DNA of 64,000 bases from Octopus sinensis (GCF_006345805.1 NC_043015.1:2914001-2978000); one strand, 5' to 3'; shown: positions 40,676 through 53,391, counted from the stretch's first letter. Made by a program: numbers and translations. Notes: generated by a model from the sequence alone, not told the origin.

Positions 40676-42174
40676 CGTTGTCGTCATTCTTATAATATAT
40701 CGAATCTCTTTATCGTTGTAACTGCAATTCATTCATAAATACATACCATGTTTACATGCTTGAAATGGCCTTCGATACTTTTTTTTTTCTTTGTTTTAAT
40801 CCTATGAATGTAATGAGCGATGGCCCCATGTCACCTTTTGTGCATTTGGAATATATTTTCCATCACTATTTCTGATGTCCTGTTGCAAAACATAATTGTT
40901 TTCTATTGATTTAATATCCTGAATATTAAATTTAGATATTCCCCTTGAGATCAACTTATCAACTGCTCATACATTAAGTTACAATTTACATATTTTATAT
41001 CGCGTTGTATTGTTGAATACAGCATGATCTGCATCGATCTATTATATATATTCATCAATTATCGACGAACCGTGAACAGTTTTTCATCAGTAATTGTTCT
41101 TAACGAGCCACAGTAGTTGATGAGGGAAAGGAGATTAGATATATCATTACCATGCAATTAAGAAGTAATAAATTATTAAGTTCATCGAAGCATGTAAATG
41201 TGCTGAGCAATCATCCCGTATCCCACCTACATCTCCGTCCTCCCGCTAAGATACAAATCAACTACTTCAACGTTAATGACCAGCAGATGAACGGATAAGT
41301 GCAGTGCAATAAATAGGAACCTAACTAACTATGAAATACCGAACCAATTGTGAAGCAATAGATCGAAACTAGACAATGTCGATTTTTATCTCACGTATTT
41401 GATACTAAATATAGCTGCTATATTTTCCATTGGAATGATTTCCATTAAGTATTTCATTATCCTGTTTCGGTAAACAGCTTGCTTCCTCATGGCACTTAAA
41501 TTTAGAACTCAAAATGTCATCTTATTCCAGGACTGACTGAGCTACTAAAACCAGGCTGACCAACAATGCACTAAATACGTTAAGAACTAAATTACACTTT
41601 CCAAGCATTCTTATCCAGAGGCATGCCCAGAATATTTTCCATGTATTGTATATCAAACGTTGAAACTCGAAAGCTTGAGAACTATTCTTGTGGGTCGCTT
41701 TCTTTTAAACTTTACGAAGTACATATTATGCTTAAGAATACGATATCAGTTGTGTGACATAATTCAAGTGTGGAAACGTCTCGTATTACATGTATTATTG
41801 CCGTTTGTCGAATGTTAGAATCTTCCGGATAATTTCTTCATGGGATTTATTGGCATTTATTCAAATCCTGTGACGAAATACAACGAGTGATTCACTTCAG
41901 AGACGCTAAGCGCGCGAATATTTGTGCAAATATATAGAATGTTTGATTTATTTGAATAAAATATTTCGTCAAAGGTTTGCTTTCGATATTATCAGACTTC
42001 GATATACGAAAGAAAATAACGTGTATCCCACGAAAAGAAAAATAAAGCCCAAATATTTGAAAGAAACAACAACTAATGTCATAAAATTACTAGAAAGTAA
42101 TCTCCAATAATCTGCTTTCATAATCATCCTTATGTATTTTATTAGAATATTATTTTGTATATCAACGCAAATAA

Positions 42175-42400
42175 TCGGGGGTTGCTAAAAAATTCCTAAT
42201 TTTAGGTAAAAGAAAATGAAGGAGGATCTGTTATTTATGAATTTATTCGGCATATTCTCCTCGTAAATTCGTAGCCTTATTGCATTGATCCATCATATTT
42301 TAAGCCATTTCAAAGTGCTCTGAATGTAAGGCCTCCTCCAAAGTCTTTCGCAATACCTTGAAAGCTAGGATATATCCAGCAAACCCTCGAAAAATTTTCG
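42175..42400 (-). mobile_element. Decayed mariner-like terminal fragment
   Basis: CGGGGGTTGCTAAAAAATTCCT resembles a TA-CGAGGG...AAAAGTTCC mariner TIR. The following sequence resembles the reverse complement of a transposase C-terminus (GEYAE*). Confidence 0.4.
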
Positions 42401-42474
42401 TGTTTCGCAGCAAAAATTTATTATTATTGTTATTGTCATCATCCTCATCATCATTAATAGTAGTAGTTGTAGTA

Positions 42475-42515
<41 letters not shown>

Positions 42516-42857
42516 TGCATACGATGAAGTTATTCGATTCCTATATATTTAGAATCAGGTTTCGTTTGTCTTATAATTTGGAAGGACATTACATATGCTA
42601 AATTCCAACGCATAAAATGAAAACAAAAATTGTCATTAAAATATCTCGTATTTCATGGAAAGTTTTCTTGGGAAGGAAAGATTATTTCCCTCAAAATATT
42701 ATAGCTTTACCGTTATAAGTTGTTGAAGACTGAGTTACCCAATGGCAAATGCTTGAGATTTCGATGAAATATGTCATAATTGATTATAGAAACTTTATTG
42801 CAAGAAACATGTGTTTATGTAGATCAATCACGTTACAGTTATTCTTAAAGTTGTTTT

Positions 42858-43032
42858 CAAGGGATAAGTCGATTACATTCATCCCAGCGCTTAATTGGTA
42901 CTTAATTTATCGTCCCCAAATGAACGAAAAGCCAGACCGATCTCGGCAGTATTGGAAGTAAGGGAGTAAAGACGCACGAATGCTGCTGCTTATTTTAGCT
43001 GGCTTGGAAACTATTCTGCCAACTTGCAGCGT
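42858..43032 (-). mobile_element. Decayed Nin/Deu-domain-type SINE (family C)
   Basis: GGTACTTAATTTATCGTCCCCAAATGAACGAAAAGCC...ATTCTGCCAACTTGC is the reverse complement of the family C motif and head. Confidence 0.6.
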
Positions 43033-44024
43033 AAAATTATTTCTAATATTAAAATGCCATCCAAATGTATTTGGCCACTTACGCTATTGGAAATTTCTAC
43101 TAATTGCCAACTTATAAGTGGATGTTTCGCATTGCATTTTTACCAATGAAACATTGATTCTGTTAGAATTCCATACCTAATCCTTATATTTTGTAATACA
43201 TGAATCGGGGCAATGATGCGAGACGACCGCCAAATATAGACGTGCAAATGTTTTCGGCCATCTCACTAAAACCAATCAAGGTATGGCATTTTCTAAAATA
43301 AAAAAAAATATCTATAATGAAAATTCATTAAATACCGTTCATTTTAAGAAATTAATGTACGTTGTTAATATTTCATGTGGCTTCCTTGACCCTGAATAAT
43401 TGATTCAATGCCACTGAGAAGAGATACTAACATATCCTTTACTATCTATACAAGTGTGAGATGCCCGTTCTATGTACCTCAGCTTCCGCAATTCTTCAAG
43501 TTTGCGTGGAGTTTTCTGACAAACGATTGTTTGTAATTCTGTCCACATGTGCACGATTGCTTTTAAGTCAGAGATCTAACGTCGCAAAAATTTCAATTTG
43601 TTGCATTGCATGCGATCTGCAGCTTGGATATCTGGCACACTTAAAAAAATTCCCCTTCATGCAATTCAGGTAACAAATTCTGTTATCAGCAACATGATGT
43701 TTTGCCATTATTCAAGATACAAAAAATGTTAACTAACTTTCTTGAAATCATTACATTTTATGTCTCCCTTAGCATTAGAATCTTACCCCCAAACTGTTTT
43801 CGTCGTGTAACGTGGGTCGGGTTTGATTTCTAATAAGTGAGAATTTATCAGAAAGATTCCAGGCAAGCACAGCGATATCAACAAGGAACCAGTTTAAGCA
43901 AAGTGCCACCACCACATTCCCCTGACAGAAGTAAAAAGTGATAAATAGACAGCAGTGGAAATTCAACTGCGATATTAATGCAGAGAAGTCTTCGAAGGGG
44001 ACATATAATATATATATATATATA

Positions 44025-44224
44025 TGACCGCGTGTGTACCGTTGGCGATTTTTTCCTCGGTTTCCCTTCTCTGGATCTTTCCTTCTCCTATGTTTCCGAC
44101 GAAGAGCTCCGCTCGAAACGTTAAACCCTCCTTCATTCCTTCTTTCCTGATCGTCCAATAATACTATAGTTGTTCCACGTCCTAGCGTTGTTGTGCTTTT
44201 TGCTGCTTTCTTGTTTGGATTAAC
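44025..44224 (+). mobile_element. ~200-bp Penelope-pLTR-like insert in (TA)n with a variant minimal hammerhead (44092-44126)
   Basis: GTTT-CCGACGA-A-GAGC-tcc-GCTC-GAAA-CG-TT-AAAC. A second copy lies in the opposite orientation at 48989-49205. Confidence 0.7.
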
Positions 44225-44912
44225 TATATATATATATATATATAAATATATATATACATATATTTGTGTCTCTGTGCCCGCGTGTATATTAGTGTGCCTT
44301 GTTGTGCATGTTATGCAATAAATGTCTGGGTACCATGTTTTCATTTTGTTCCAGCAAGAACAAGAATTATATATGTTTTAACTTAAAAATTGATTATATT
44401 GTGATACGTTAATCAGTTGCTAAGAGGAATTGTGCAAGTATGATTGTTAGACAAATTGCTTCTACTGTACGTTGTAAATAGCAGGGAATTAAGAATTACA
44501 ACATTGTATTTCTAATTGTATTAGGACGTTTACATACACACCAACTTGCTCATACATAAACACCTACAAATATATCTACAAACATAGATGAAAAAATATG
44601 TGCTTACACAAACGCACTCAATCACTTATACACACACACATATTAGACTTATACACGTTGACGACTTAAGGCTGTTTACAGCTAATCTAGAGTTCATGTC
44701 TATATCTGATTGTTTTGGAAGCAAATCAACATTGCATTATAAAAATAGTTACATATGTTTTGATATATATATTTGCTTTTAAAAAAAATAGATTGCCCAA
44801 CAATTCTAACAGCACAATGTTATTAGTCATATTATTTCCCGGCAATCCTTAAAACATTTTGCTCAGATAAACACAGCTTTATGTCTCTAGCTGCAAAACA
44901 CTATATTTTTTG

Positions 44913-44944
<32 letters not shown>

Positions 44945-44945
44945 A

Positions 44946-45035
<90 letters not shown>

Positions 45036-45036
45036 A

Positions 45037-45079
<43 letters not shown>

Positions 45080-45115
45080 TATATATACACACACACACCA
45101 CACACACACACATAG

Positions 45116-45171
<56 letters not shown>

Positions 45172-45172
<1 letters not shown>

Positions 45173-45520
45173 ATATATATATAAAACTGAAATGCGTTTT
45201 TGCCGCTTGGATCGCTTTCAATGCCACTACATCCCGTACGATTCACTCAAAAATTTACAGGGACATGTAAAATGAGGTGACGATGCCCGTGGGTTACCTT
45301 AGAAATCCCTATCTTAAAAGGTGTCGTTGCTAGGGGCCAAAAACCCACTTTGACAAGTCCACCCTCGTTCTTTAATGTATCCGTCTTCCTCACTCACTCA
45401 CGCCCTTCCCCTCTAACTCACCTTCACTTTCTATTTATAACTTTGTGAAACGGCGTTCTTTCCTCTCTTCCCATCACTTTTTCACTCACTCTATTTGCTA
45501 TCACTTCGGCGTTCTTTTAT
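45172..45520 (+). mobile_element. Probable Helitron-like 5' segment
   Basis: TATATATATAAAACTGAAATGCG start merging with (TA)n, followed by CCCGTACGATTCACTCAAAAATTT, which resembles the TTCACTCAAATTTG block near the 5' end of the 6434-7174 element. Confidence 0.5.
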
Positions 45521-45876
45521 ATATATGTCTGCATTCATAGAGAGAATTGCCATCGCCACGACTAACACATATCATGACACTAAATATAACGTAGTTTTTT
45601 CGTATCTGTTACATTTTAACATTTATTTAGAACACTGCAACTTTTTCGTGCTAAATTTTCATTTTTTTATACTTTATTATTTTTTCTTAAATTGATGCTT
45701 TTATTAAAATTAATTCTAATTGTCTGGGTCAACAGTTCGTTTTCTCGGAGGATATGGAAATTCATATAACCCTTCAGACAAATAATTCCAGCACCTCACA
45801 ACTATTTCAACATGCACAGCGTTACCTGCTTACCAGTTGAATTCAGCGTCAACGCTCACGTATGAGAGAGGTTCCA

Positions 45877-45907
<31 letters not shown>

Positions 45908-46529
45908 TATATATATATATAATGTGTGCATTATGTGGTCGCTTGAGCTGAAAATATGCAGACCTATGTTAAAAGTGCTGGCAAGTTTGCATGACAACTA
46001 TTTTTTTCCTCAAATGAAAGGACAAAATCCTCTAGGACAAAACTCCTCATCTTATAAATGTGGCCCCAGTACACCCGAATGAAATCGGGGTATATTAACC
46101 AAAATGTCAAAAGGGGTCTAAATGGGGCTGGAAGGGGATTAAATTTTAAAGGAGCGGGTGTTTAGGAATTCTCTGTTACATCAAGCTAGAAAATTTGCGC
46201 CAGCCTTTTAACCCTTTCGTTACTATATTTCTGACCAAAATACACCTTATGTGTTTCAATTAATTTCTAACATAATCATAAACATAGTCTGGTTTCATTA
46301 AACAACTATAACTTTTTTATTTATCAATATATTTATGTAATATTTGGAAGATAATTTAATGAAATGTTCTCAACAAATCCTATACTATAATTTTTGTCAC
46401 AAAGTTACTCTAATTGCAGGTAGATACAGGTAAATTCAACAAAATATAAAATTATTAAAATTTCTGTTCAAACATCGCTATAGAAAATGGGTTATTAGCT
46501 AATATTCAATTGGGTATACAACAAAATTT

Positions 46530-47376
46530 GGCACTGTCATGCTATTAGCTGTCAGAAGTGGAAGTACGTCAACTTCGTGTATTTACGTCAGGTTTTATAC
46601 CTTCGTTAATTTACGCCGTTTATTTACGTACCAGCACGCTGTTAGGTTTATAAAACAATTGAAGTTCAGTTTAAAGTTTATAAATAAATACATTTCATTC
46701 CATGTTCTGTTTAAACTTTATAAATAAATATATTTTGCATTATTCATTATTGTTTATAAAAAAGAAATCACACCAAATCTGCACAAATATATATACATGT
46801 GTATACATTACACATGTATATATATATATATATATACACATGTATATATATATATATGTATACACATGTATATATACATATGTATGTTTATATATATATA
46901 TATATATATATAGTTAAACTATTGACCGCCTAAAAACGGATTTCAACAGACAAATATTACTATAAATGATAATATAAGCATATAACTACTTATACACACA
47001 TACAATAAATACAGACACACACACATTAGTCAGACATATAGCCACATATACACACATACACACGTGTGTATGATCGGTGTATGTGATCGCGGTTGTGGTG
47101 GTGGGTTGGTGGTGGTGATTTGTTCAGATTTGGTGTGATTTCTTTTTTTAAAAACAATAATGAATAATGCAAGAATATATTTATTTATAAAGTTTAAACA
47201 GAACATGGAATGAAATGTATTTATTTATAAACTGAAACTGAACTTCAATTGTTTTATAAACCTAACAGCGTGGTGGTACGTAAATAAACTGCGTAAATTA
47301 ACGAAGGTATAAACTCGACGTAAATACACGAAGTTGAGATACTTTCACTTCTGACAGCTAATAGCATGACAGTGCC
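46530..47376. mobile_element. MITE with ~260-bp TIRs and an 8-bp TSD (Merlin- or Mutator-like)
   Basis: TIRs 46530-46788 / 47118-47376 (GGCACTGTCATGCTATTAGCTGTCAGAAGTG ... CACTTCTGACAGCTAATAGCATGACAGTGCC). Perfect TSD CAAAATTT at 46522-46529 and 47377-47384. Confidence 0.93.
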
Positions 47377-47384
47377 CAAAATTT

Positions 47385-47868
47385 CATTATAGAATTTGTT
47401 ATTCTGGGTAACTTTCTGATACCCATAATAATATTTATGGCAAAATAAGCCTTAATTTCATTTAAGGTTGTGGGAAACCAAAGTATCCTTTCTTTCGCTT
47501 TGTTTACATTTAACGTAACGGTCGTTTCCGCTGTAATGATTTCAAATAGGCTCATTCGAAAAAGTAAAAAGAAATAGTCTAAGGCTTTACTCTCCTGGGA
47601 AAGATGGTGGCTTGGTCCAGTTTCTCAGAAAAATCACTGAAAGAAATAGTTTTTAAATTTTCACTCCATTCAGGTGCCAATTCATTTTCTTTATTGCTGT
47701 CGGAACTCTCGGATTCTCTGTTTCATTTTCGGAAAATGATACATGGGATTCATTATCAAATACCACGTGCTTTTTTTTTTCAGTCATAGAGTTAGATTTA
47801 TCAAGGTCTTCAGTAGAAAAGCCTTCGAAATCTGACTCGCTGCTTGATATAATGAAATTCGTAACCAT
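47385..47868 (-). pseudogene. piggyBac transposase N-terminal fragment (frameshifted)
   Basis: Acidic N-terminus MVTNFIISSSESDFEGFSTEDLD, then DYFFLLF and LFEIITAET...WFPTTLNEIKAYFAINIIMGIRKLP, the W..TT..EIKA.F.I.I.MGI.KLP motif of PGBD/DDE_Tnp_1_7 proteins. Confidence 0.85.
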
Positions 47869-48567
47869 TTTTTGTCAGAATTACAAATAGGAACAAATTT
47901 CGGAAAAAAATCTCCCAAAATTCACGGAATTAAAATTACACTTCGATCGTTGTACAACAAATGTACTAAAGAGATTTGCTCTGATATTCTCATTTAAATA
48001 TGAATAGGTAAATACGGGCGGGTTTGGTCGGTTTGGTCACATAAACCTAATTTTTTTTCGGGCGTTGCCGTCCATGATGAAGAAGTTTTGAATGATTGCA
48101 ATGGTGAGTCTACTGTCGCTAGAAAGAATCACTTCAAAACTTGGTGTTTACGAATTTTCTGTTACATCAAGTTCATAATTTTACGCCAGTCATTAAACTG
48201 TTGCTGTCCGTCGTTAAGAAATGCCAGCCATGGTAACTCTACTATCCTCAGATTCTATCCCTTCAATCTTTGGTTTCCAATATTTTATTATTTTTATTCA
48301 GCTCGCATGTTCGTCTGTCCCTTTTAAATATTAGCGTTTTGCTGTCTGCCTTGAAGCAGACCTGTCCGTTGCCACTGCCTGATATTTATGATTGATCTTT
48401 CTAAATATTTTATTTCTCAACTTACTCAAGATCTTTTCTTGTTTATAAATGGGAGAGAGATAGATAAAGATAGAGAGTAAGAGAAAGCGAGGGAGAGTCC
48501 TAGAGAAAAGAAAAGTAAGAAAGTGGGGAAAGTGAGAGAGAAAGGAGAGAGAAACAAAGAGGGAGAA

Positions 48568-48878
48568 TCATCATCATCATCATCATCGTTTTACGTCCGT
48601 TTTCCGTGTTAGCACGGGTTGGACAATTTGACCGGGGTCTGGGAAGCCACGAGGCTGCACCAGGCTCCAGTCTGATCTGGCAGTGTTAGAAGGTGGATGA
48701 CCTTCCTAACGCCAACCAATCTGTGAGTGTAGTGGGTGCTCTTTCGTGCCGCCGGCACTGGTGCCAAGGGAGCTCGCAGCTGCCACGATCGGTTGGTGCT
48801 TTTTACATGCCACTGGCACAGAAGCCAGTCAAGGCAGCGCTGCAATCGGCCACGTTCGGATGGTGCTTTTTACGTGCT
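48568..48878 (-). mobile_element. SINE with Meta-like core and RTE-type (ATG)n tail, 5'-truncated
   Basis: Minus strand contains GGTTGGCGTTAGGAAGGTCATCCA and ends CAACCCGTGCTAACACGGAAAACGGACGTAAAACGATGATGATG. Internal GGTGCTTTTTACRTGC-like repeats. Confidence 0.75.
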
Positions 48879-48879
48879 G

Positions 48880-48945
48880 AAAGGAAGCAACAGAAAGTAA
48901 CAACCACAAACCTACCCGCGCGTAGAGCGGGTCACCTTCAGTTAG
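48880..48945 (+). mobile_element. Helitron-like 3' terminus
   Basis: GC-rich hairpin ACCCGC-GCGTAGA-GCGGGT (48914-48932), followed 9 nt later by TTAG|T, a variant of CTAG|T. Confidence 0.6.
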
Positions 48946-48983
<38 letters not shown>

Positions 48984-48988
48984 ATATA

Positions 48989-49205
48989 GTTAATCCAAAC
49001 AAGAAACACAGAAAAAAACACGGAAAAAAACAGCAACGCGAGGACGTGGAACAATTAAAGTATTATTTGACGCTCAGGAACGAAGGGAAGGAGTGTTTAA
49101 CGTTTCGAGCGGAGCTCTTCGTCGGAAACAAGAAGGAAAGATCCGACAAGGGAAGACAGAGGGAAAAATATCTTTGCTGGTGGTGCTCAAGAGATCACAG
49201 GTTGA
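48989..49205 (-). mobile_element. Second copy of the ~200-bp hammerhead-variant insert (motif at 49094-49130)
   Basis: Reverse-complement homolog of 44025-44224 with an identical 35-nt core. Flanked by (TA)n. Confidence 0.7.
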
Positions 49206-49274
49206 AAGATATATATATATTATATATATATATACATATATATAGATATTATATTTTGATATACATGTATATAT

Positions 49275-49404
49275 AAGCGCATGTAAGACTATGTGTTAAG
49301 AAGCTTGTTTCCCAACCACATGATTCCGGGTTCAATCACAGTGTGGAAACTTCGGTAGGTGGATTTGATAGACGGAACTGAGAGAAATCCGTCGTATATA
49401 TATT

Positions 49405-49439
<35 letters not shown>

Positions 49440-49532
49440 TATGTATATATTATGTTTTCTGCGTCTTTGTGTTTATGTTTCCAGCTCAAAAGTGGTACTC
49501 CTGCATGGCTGCAGTCAATTGACTGAAACAAA
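49275..49532 (+). mobile_element. Decayed, internally deleted SINE family A relative
   Basis: CCAACCACATGATTCCGGGTTCAAT...GGATTTGATAGACGGAACTGA...GCATGGCTGCAGTCAATTGACTGAAACAA. Confidence 0.7.
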
Positions 49533-49669
49533 CAGCTGATTAAAGAATATGTATGTAAGTATTTATGTATGCATAAAAAACTTCATATGTCAAAGTAATA
49601 GTGAGATGCATCTATTGTAATTACAAGCAGAATAAGACACAATTCTTTCAAGTGGTTAGTCTTTTTCGA

Positions 49670-49853
<184 letters not shown>

Positions 49854-49893
49854 ACTTGCATAGCGAGTGACTTGATCTGGAACGAAAACGATA

Positions 49894-50125
49894 GCAGCGT
49901 GGAAAGTGTTTATAAGCCACTTCAGAAACACACAAAACCGTTAGATTCACTTCAACATTTAAATTTAATCTGTTCAAATATTTTCCTCGCTTTGAGCCCG
50001 CGAGCTGTTCATTGACAAAGCTTCATTTCAGCGACGAAATTATTTTGACAAATTAAATTTAAATGTTGAAGTGAATCTAAAGATTTTGTGTTTCTTAAAT
50101 GGCTTATAAACACATTCCACACTGC
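49894..50125. repeat. Inverted repeat with ~97-bp arms and a ~38-bp spacer
   Basis: 49894-49991 is the imperfect reverse complement of 50030-50125 (TTAGATTCACTTCAACATTTAAATTTAAT / ATTAAATTTAAATGTTGAAGTGAATCTAA). Confidence 0.9.
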
Positions 50126-50262
50126 ATTTGTTTATATATATATATATATATGTATGCATGTATGTATATATGTGTGTGTATCCCGATCCATTTCAAGTTA
50201 TATATTTGTGTATACACACACACACACATATATATACGTATATATATATATACGTATACATA

Positions 50263-50426
50263 GGCGTATGAATGGCTGTGTGGTAAGTAGATTGCTAACC
50301 AACCACATGGTTCCGGGTTCAGTTCCACTGCGTGGCACCTTGGGCATGTGTCTTCTGCTATAACCCCGGGCCGACCAATGCCTTGTGAGGGATTTGGTAG
50401 ACGGAAACTGAAAGAAGCCTGTCGTA

Positions 50427-50466
<40 letters not shown>

Positions 50467-50664
50467 TGTGTGTGCGTGTTTGTGTGTCTGTGTTTGGCCC
50501 CCTAGCATTGCTTGACAACCGTCACATAGCGGTTCGGCAAAAGAGACCGATAGAATAAGTACTGGGCTTACAAAGCATAAGTCCCGGGGTCGATTTGCTC
50601 GACTAAAGGCGGTGCTCCGGCATGGCAGCAGTGAAATGACTGAAACAAGTAAAAGAGTAAAAGA
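50263..50664 (+). mobile_element. SINE family A with a small internal deletion
   Basis: GGCGTATGAATGGCTGTGTGG head through the AAACAAGTAAAAGAGTAAAAGA tail. Confidence 0.9.
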
Positions 50665-51501
50665 ATATACACATATAATTGTTTGTGTGATAAACAGAAA
50701 ATATAGTCTCAGTCATTAAATGGATGCAATCATCCATCCACAGAAATTACTAATCTTCGAAAGATTAATGAGTTTTTATCACCTCAGGTAATATTTTAAA
50801 AAATATGATTAACGGAATAATTATTTCTCCGTATTACAGTCATACCTTTTTCAGTTGATTGTGCAGCGTATTTGCGTATGTCTCAGTAAAATTGCAGTTA
50901 ATTATTCAGTTGCGCTCACACATATTCAAACATATATTTCTTTTTCAGTGAGAAAATTTGGGGGAATGAGAACAAGTGGAAATAAATTTGAGAAAGTAAG
51001 AAATTTTCATTTCTGTTAATAGAAATTTCATATAACATAGTTATGTCATTGATCATGTGGTGAATCTAATGAGCACGTTCTTTTTAATTCATGCATATTA
51101 CCTACGCCACTAATTATTTCAATTCATTTACAGTAGGTTATAATCCCTTGGCTAGTAGATGTAACGCAGCATATTTCCCACCTATTGACTTACTAACATT
51201 TCTTCACGCCGCTCCATTTATCTTCAAAGAGTAGTTTCTTCATTTTCCGTTATTTTTGTATAGCGTTACACTGCTGAGATTATCTAATCTTCTCACATGT
51301 GCTGTTTTGCATTTATGGAGCCTATGTTTATTATAATATGTCTATAATGTATGTTGCATAGGAATCGATATGCATGTGGTTGTTTATATGTGTTCCATAA
51401 AGAACATAGGGCATTTAATTCAATCATTTATGCATCGGGAGAAAGTTTAGACGTTGCACCAATACCATAATTTGAAACCAATGTTTCTCTAAAGAAAAAT
51501 C

Positions 51502-52063
51502 TTGGGTTGTCCGGAAAGGTCATGCCGATTCATAGTAACTTAATTTCGACTTATTTTAGAATATGGTTGAGTCCATAAAATAGGATTTCACTTCACCTCC
51601 ATTTAGAGCACAGTTTGAGCTATATTTTCGTGGAGAAGGTTTACGTTCCTATAACCTGTGTTAAATTTGTAACCCTTTAAAATGGAAGATAAGAAAGTTC
51701 ATTTCAGGCACTTGATGCTTTGGAAACCAGACAAAAATTGCTGTAGCTAGGCTGGATGTGTTACCACACCCTCCATATTCACCAGATATTGCTCCTTCGG
51801 ATTTCCACTTATTCAGGTCTCTGAAGAATAGTTTTAATGGTAAACATTTCAATTCCTTGAATGACGTAAATAGATACCTTGATGTATTCCTTGCCATGAA
51901 ACCAACTCATTTCTTGGAGAGGGTATTTTCAAGTTAAAGGAAAGATGGAGACGCATTGTGCCAAAAAATGGTTCATATTTGGTTGATTAAAAATGTAATG
52001 GCAAGTATTTATTGACCTTTTTCTTTCCTTTAAAAATCGGCACAAACTTTTCGGACATCCCAA
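51502..52063 (+). mobile_element. Internally deleted mariner element with transposase pseudogene
   Basis: TIRs TTGGGTTGTCCGGAAAGGTCATGCCGATT / AATCGGCACAAACTTTTCGGACATCCCAA|TA. The start MEDKKVHFRHLML is joined to the C-terminal part ...WDVLPHPPYSPDIAPSDFHLFRSLKN...KLKERWRRIVPKNGSYLVD*, which contains the mariner YSPDLAPSD motif. Confidence 0.93.
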
Positions 52064-52149
52064 TACATAAAAATGCTTGGTTTCCAACAAGAACACGATA
52101 CGTTTGTGCTGTAATATATATCTATATATATAATTATATATATATAATA

Positions 52150-52250
<101 letters not shown>

Positions 52251-53265
52251 TATATATATCTATATTATATATATATATATATATATATTTTGTGCTGTTA
52301 TATATTTAGTAGGAAGAAACATCACGTATCAGCTGGATATTTCAGTTATTTAGTCATCGTGAAAGGACACTTCGATGCTTCCAGCATCAGTGCCAAATAC
52401 TTTACTGGCTCTTTTATCAGTGTCGATTTTGGAGATATAGTGATAACCAATCGAAAAATATTGGTGGATGAATACACCCCAGACTCGATATTAATGCTAG
52501 TTTATGTTTCAGTGTTTGCTTATATATGTGTCTGAGGTGCGTGCTTTATCATGTGATTGTACAATCGGAGAATGTGCTTACGCTTTTTGCGTGGAGATGA
52601 CACAACATGCAGTGGTATTTTGTCAGCCCTTACGTTTCAGAGAGTGGATATGCTGCGATCATTCCTATTGACGTTAAGCTCTTAAACTTGGTTACAAGCT
52701 CATGTTGCCATCGCGTGAGAGGAAATTGGTTGTATGGAGGATTGATTTGCAGAGCACAAATCCTCCGAGTGGCAGGTCGTCGGGTGTTGTCAGCAGTATG
52801 ATTGTGTTGAGGAATATGTGGCGATTTGTGATCTTTTAGAGTGAAGTATGCTTCAGGCATACTTTAAACATTATAACCATACAAAAATTGTGACCCAAAA
52901 AATTGTAACTATCTTTGGGTTCTACGGAAATTTATATATACCAAAATTATGATAACTTCAAGACAGCGATTCTGATATCACCTGGAATGGAACGAGTCCA
53001 ACATGAATTAAAGTATGACCCCAAAACAAAACAAAAAACACTAGCATACATACACGCATGCATGCAAACATACATACATAACGCATAAACAGAGCCCGAA
53101 TGATTATGTAAACGATATAAGCAATCATTAAAGCAACAACGATGTATTCGCTTAAAAGATGCTTATTTTGTACACCTGGAGTGAATATTTGCAATGATAT
53201 ATATATATATATATCAATGAAAGACAGAAGATGGAATATTATACGATAATATATTATTAATCACA

Positions 53266-53338
<73 letters not shown>

Positions 53339-53391
53339 ATATATACATACATATATATATATATATACATATTATATATATATTATATATA

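Larger units (their letters stand above)
46212..48028 (-). mobile_element. Internally deleted piggyBac element, interrupted by a MITE, with one TIR lost
   Basis: TTAA (46208-11) followed by a CCCTTTCGTTAC terminus. A transposase N-terminal remnant lies at 47385-47868. No matching AAAGGG|TTAA end was found near 48030. Confidence 0.8.

Noticed and set aside
52318-52430. Minus-strand three-way-junction-like fold (GACAC/GTGTC, GCCA/TGGC, GATGCT/AGCATC)
   Set aside because: The core boxes do not match hammerhead spacing, and short stems like these arise by chance.
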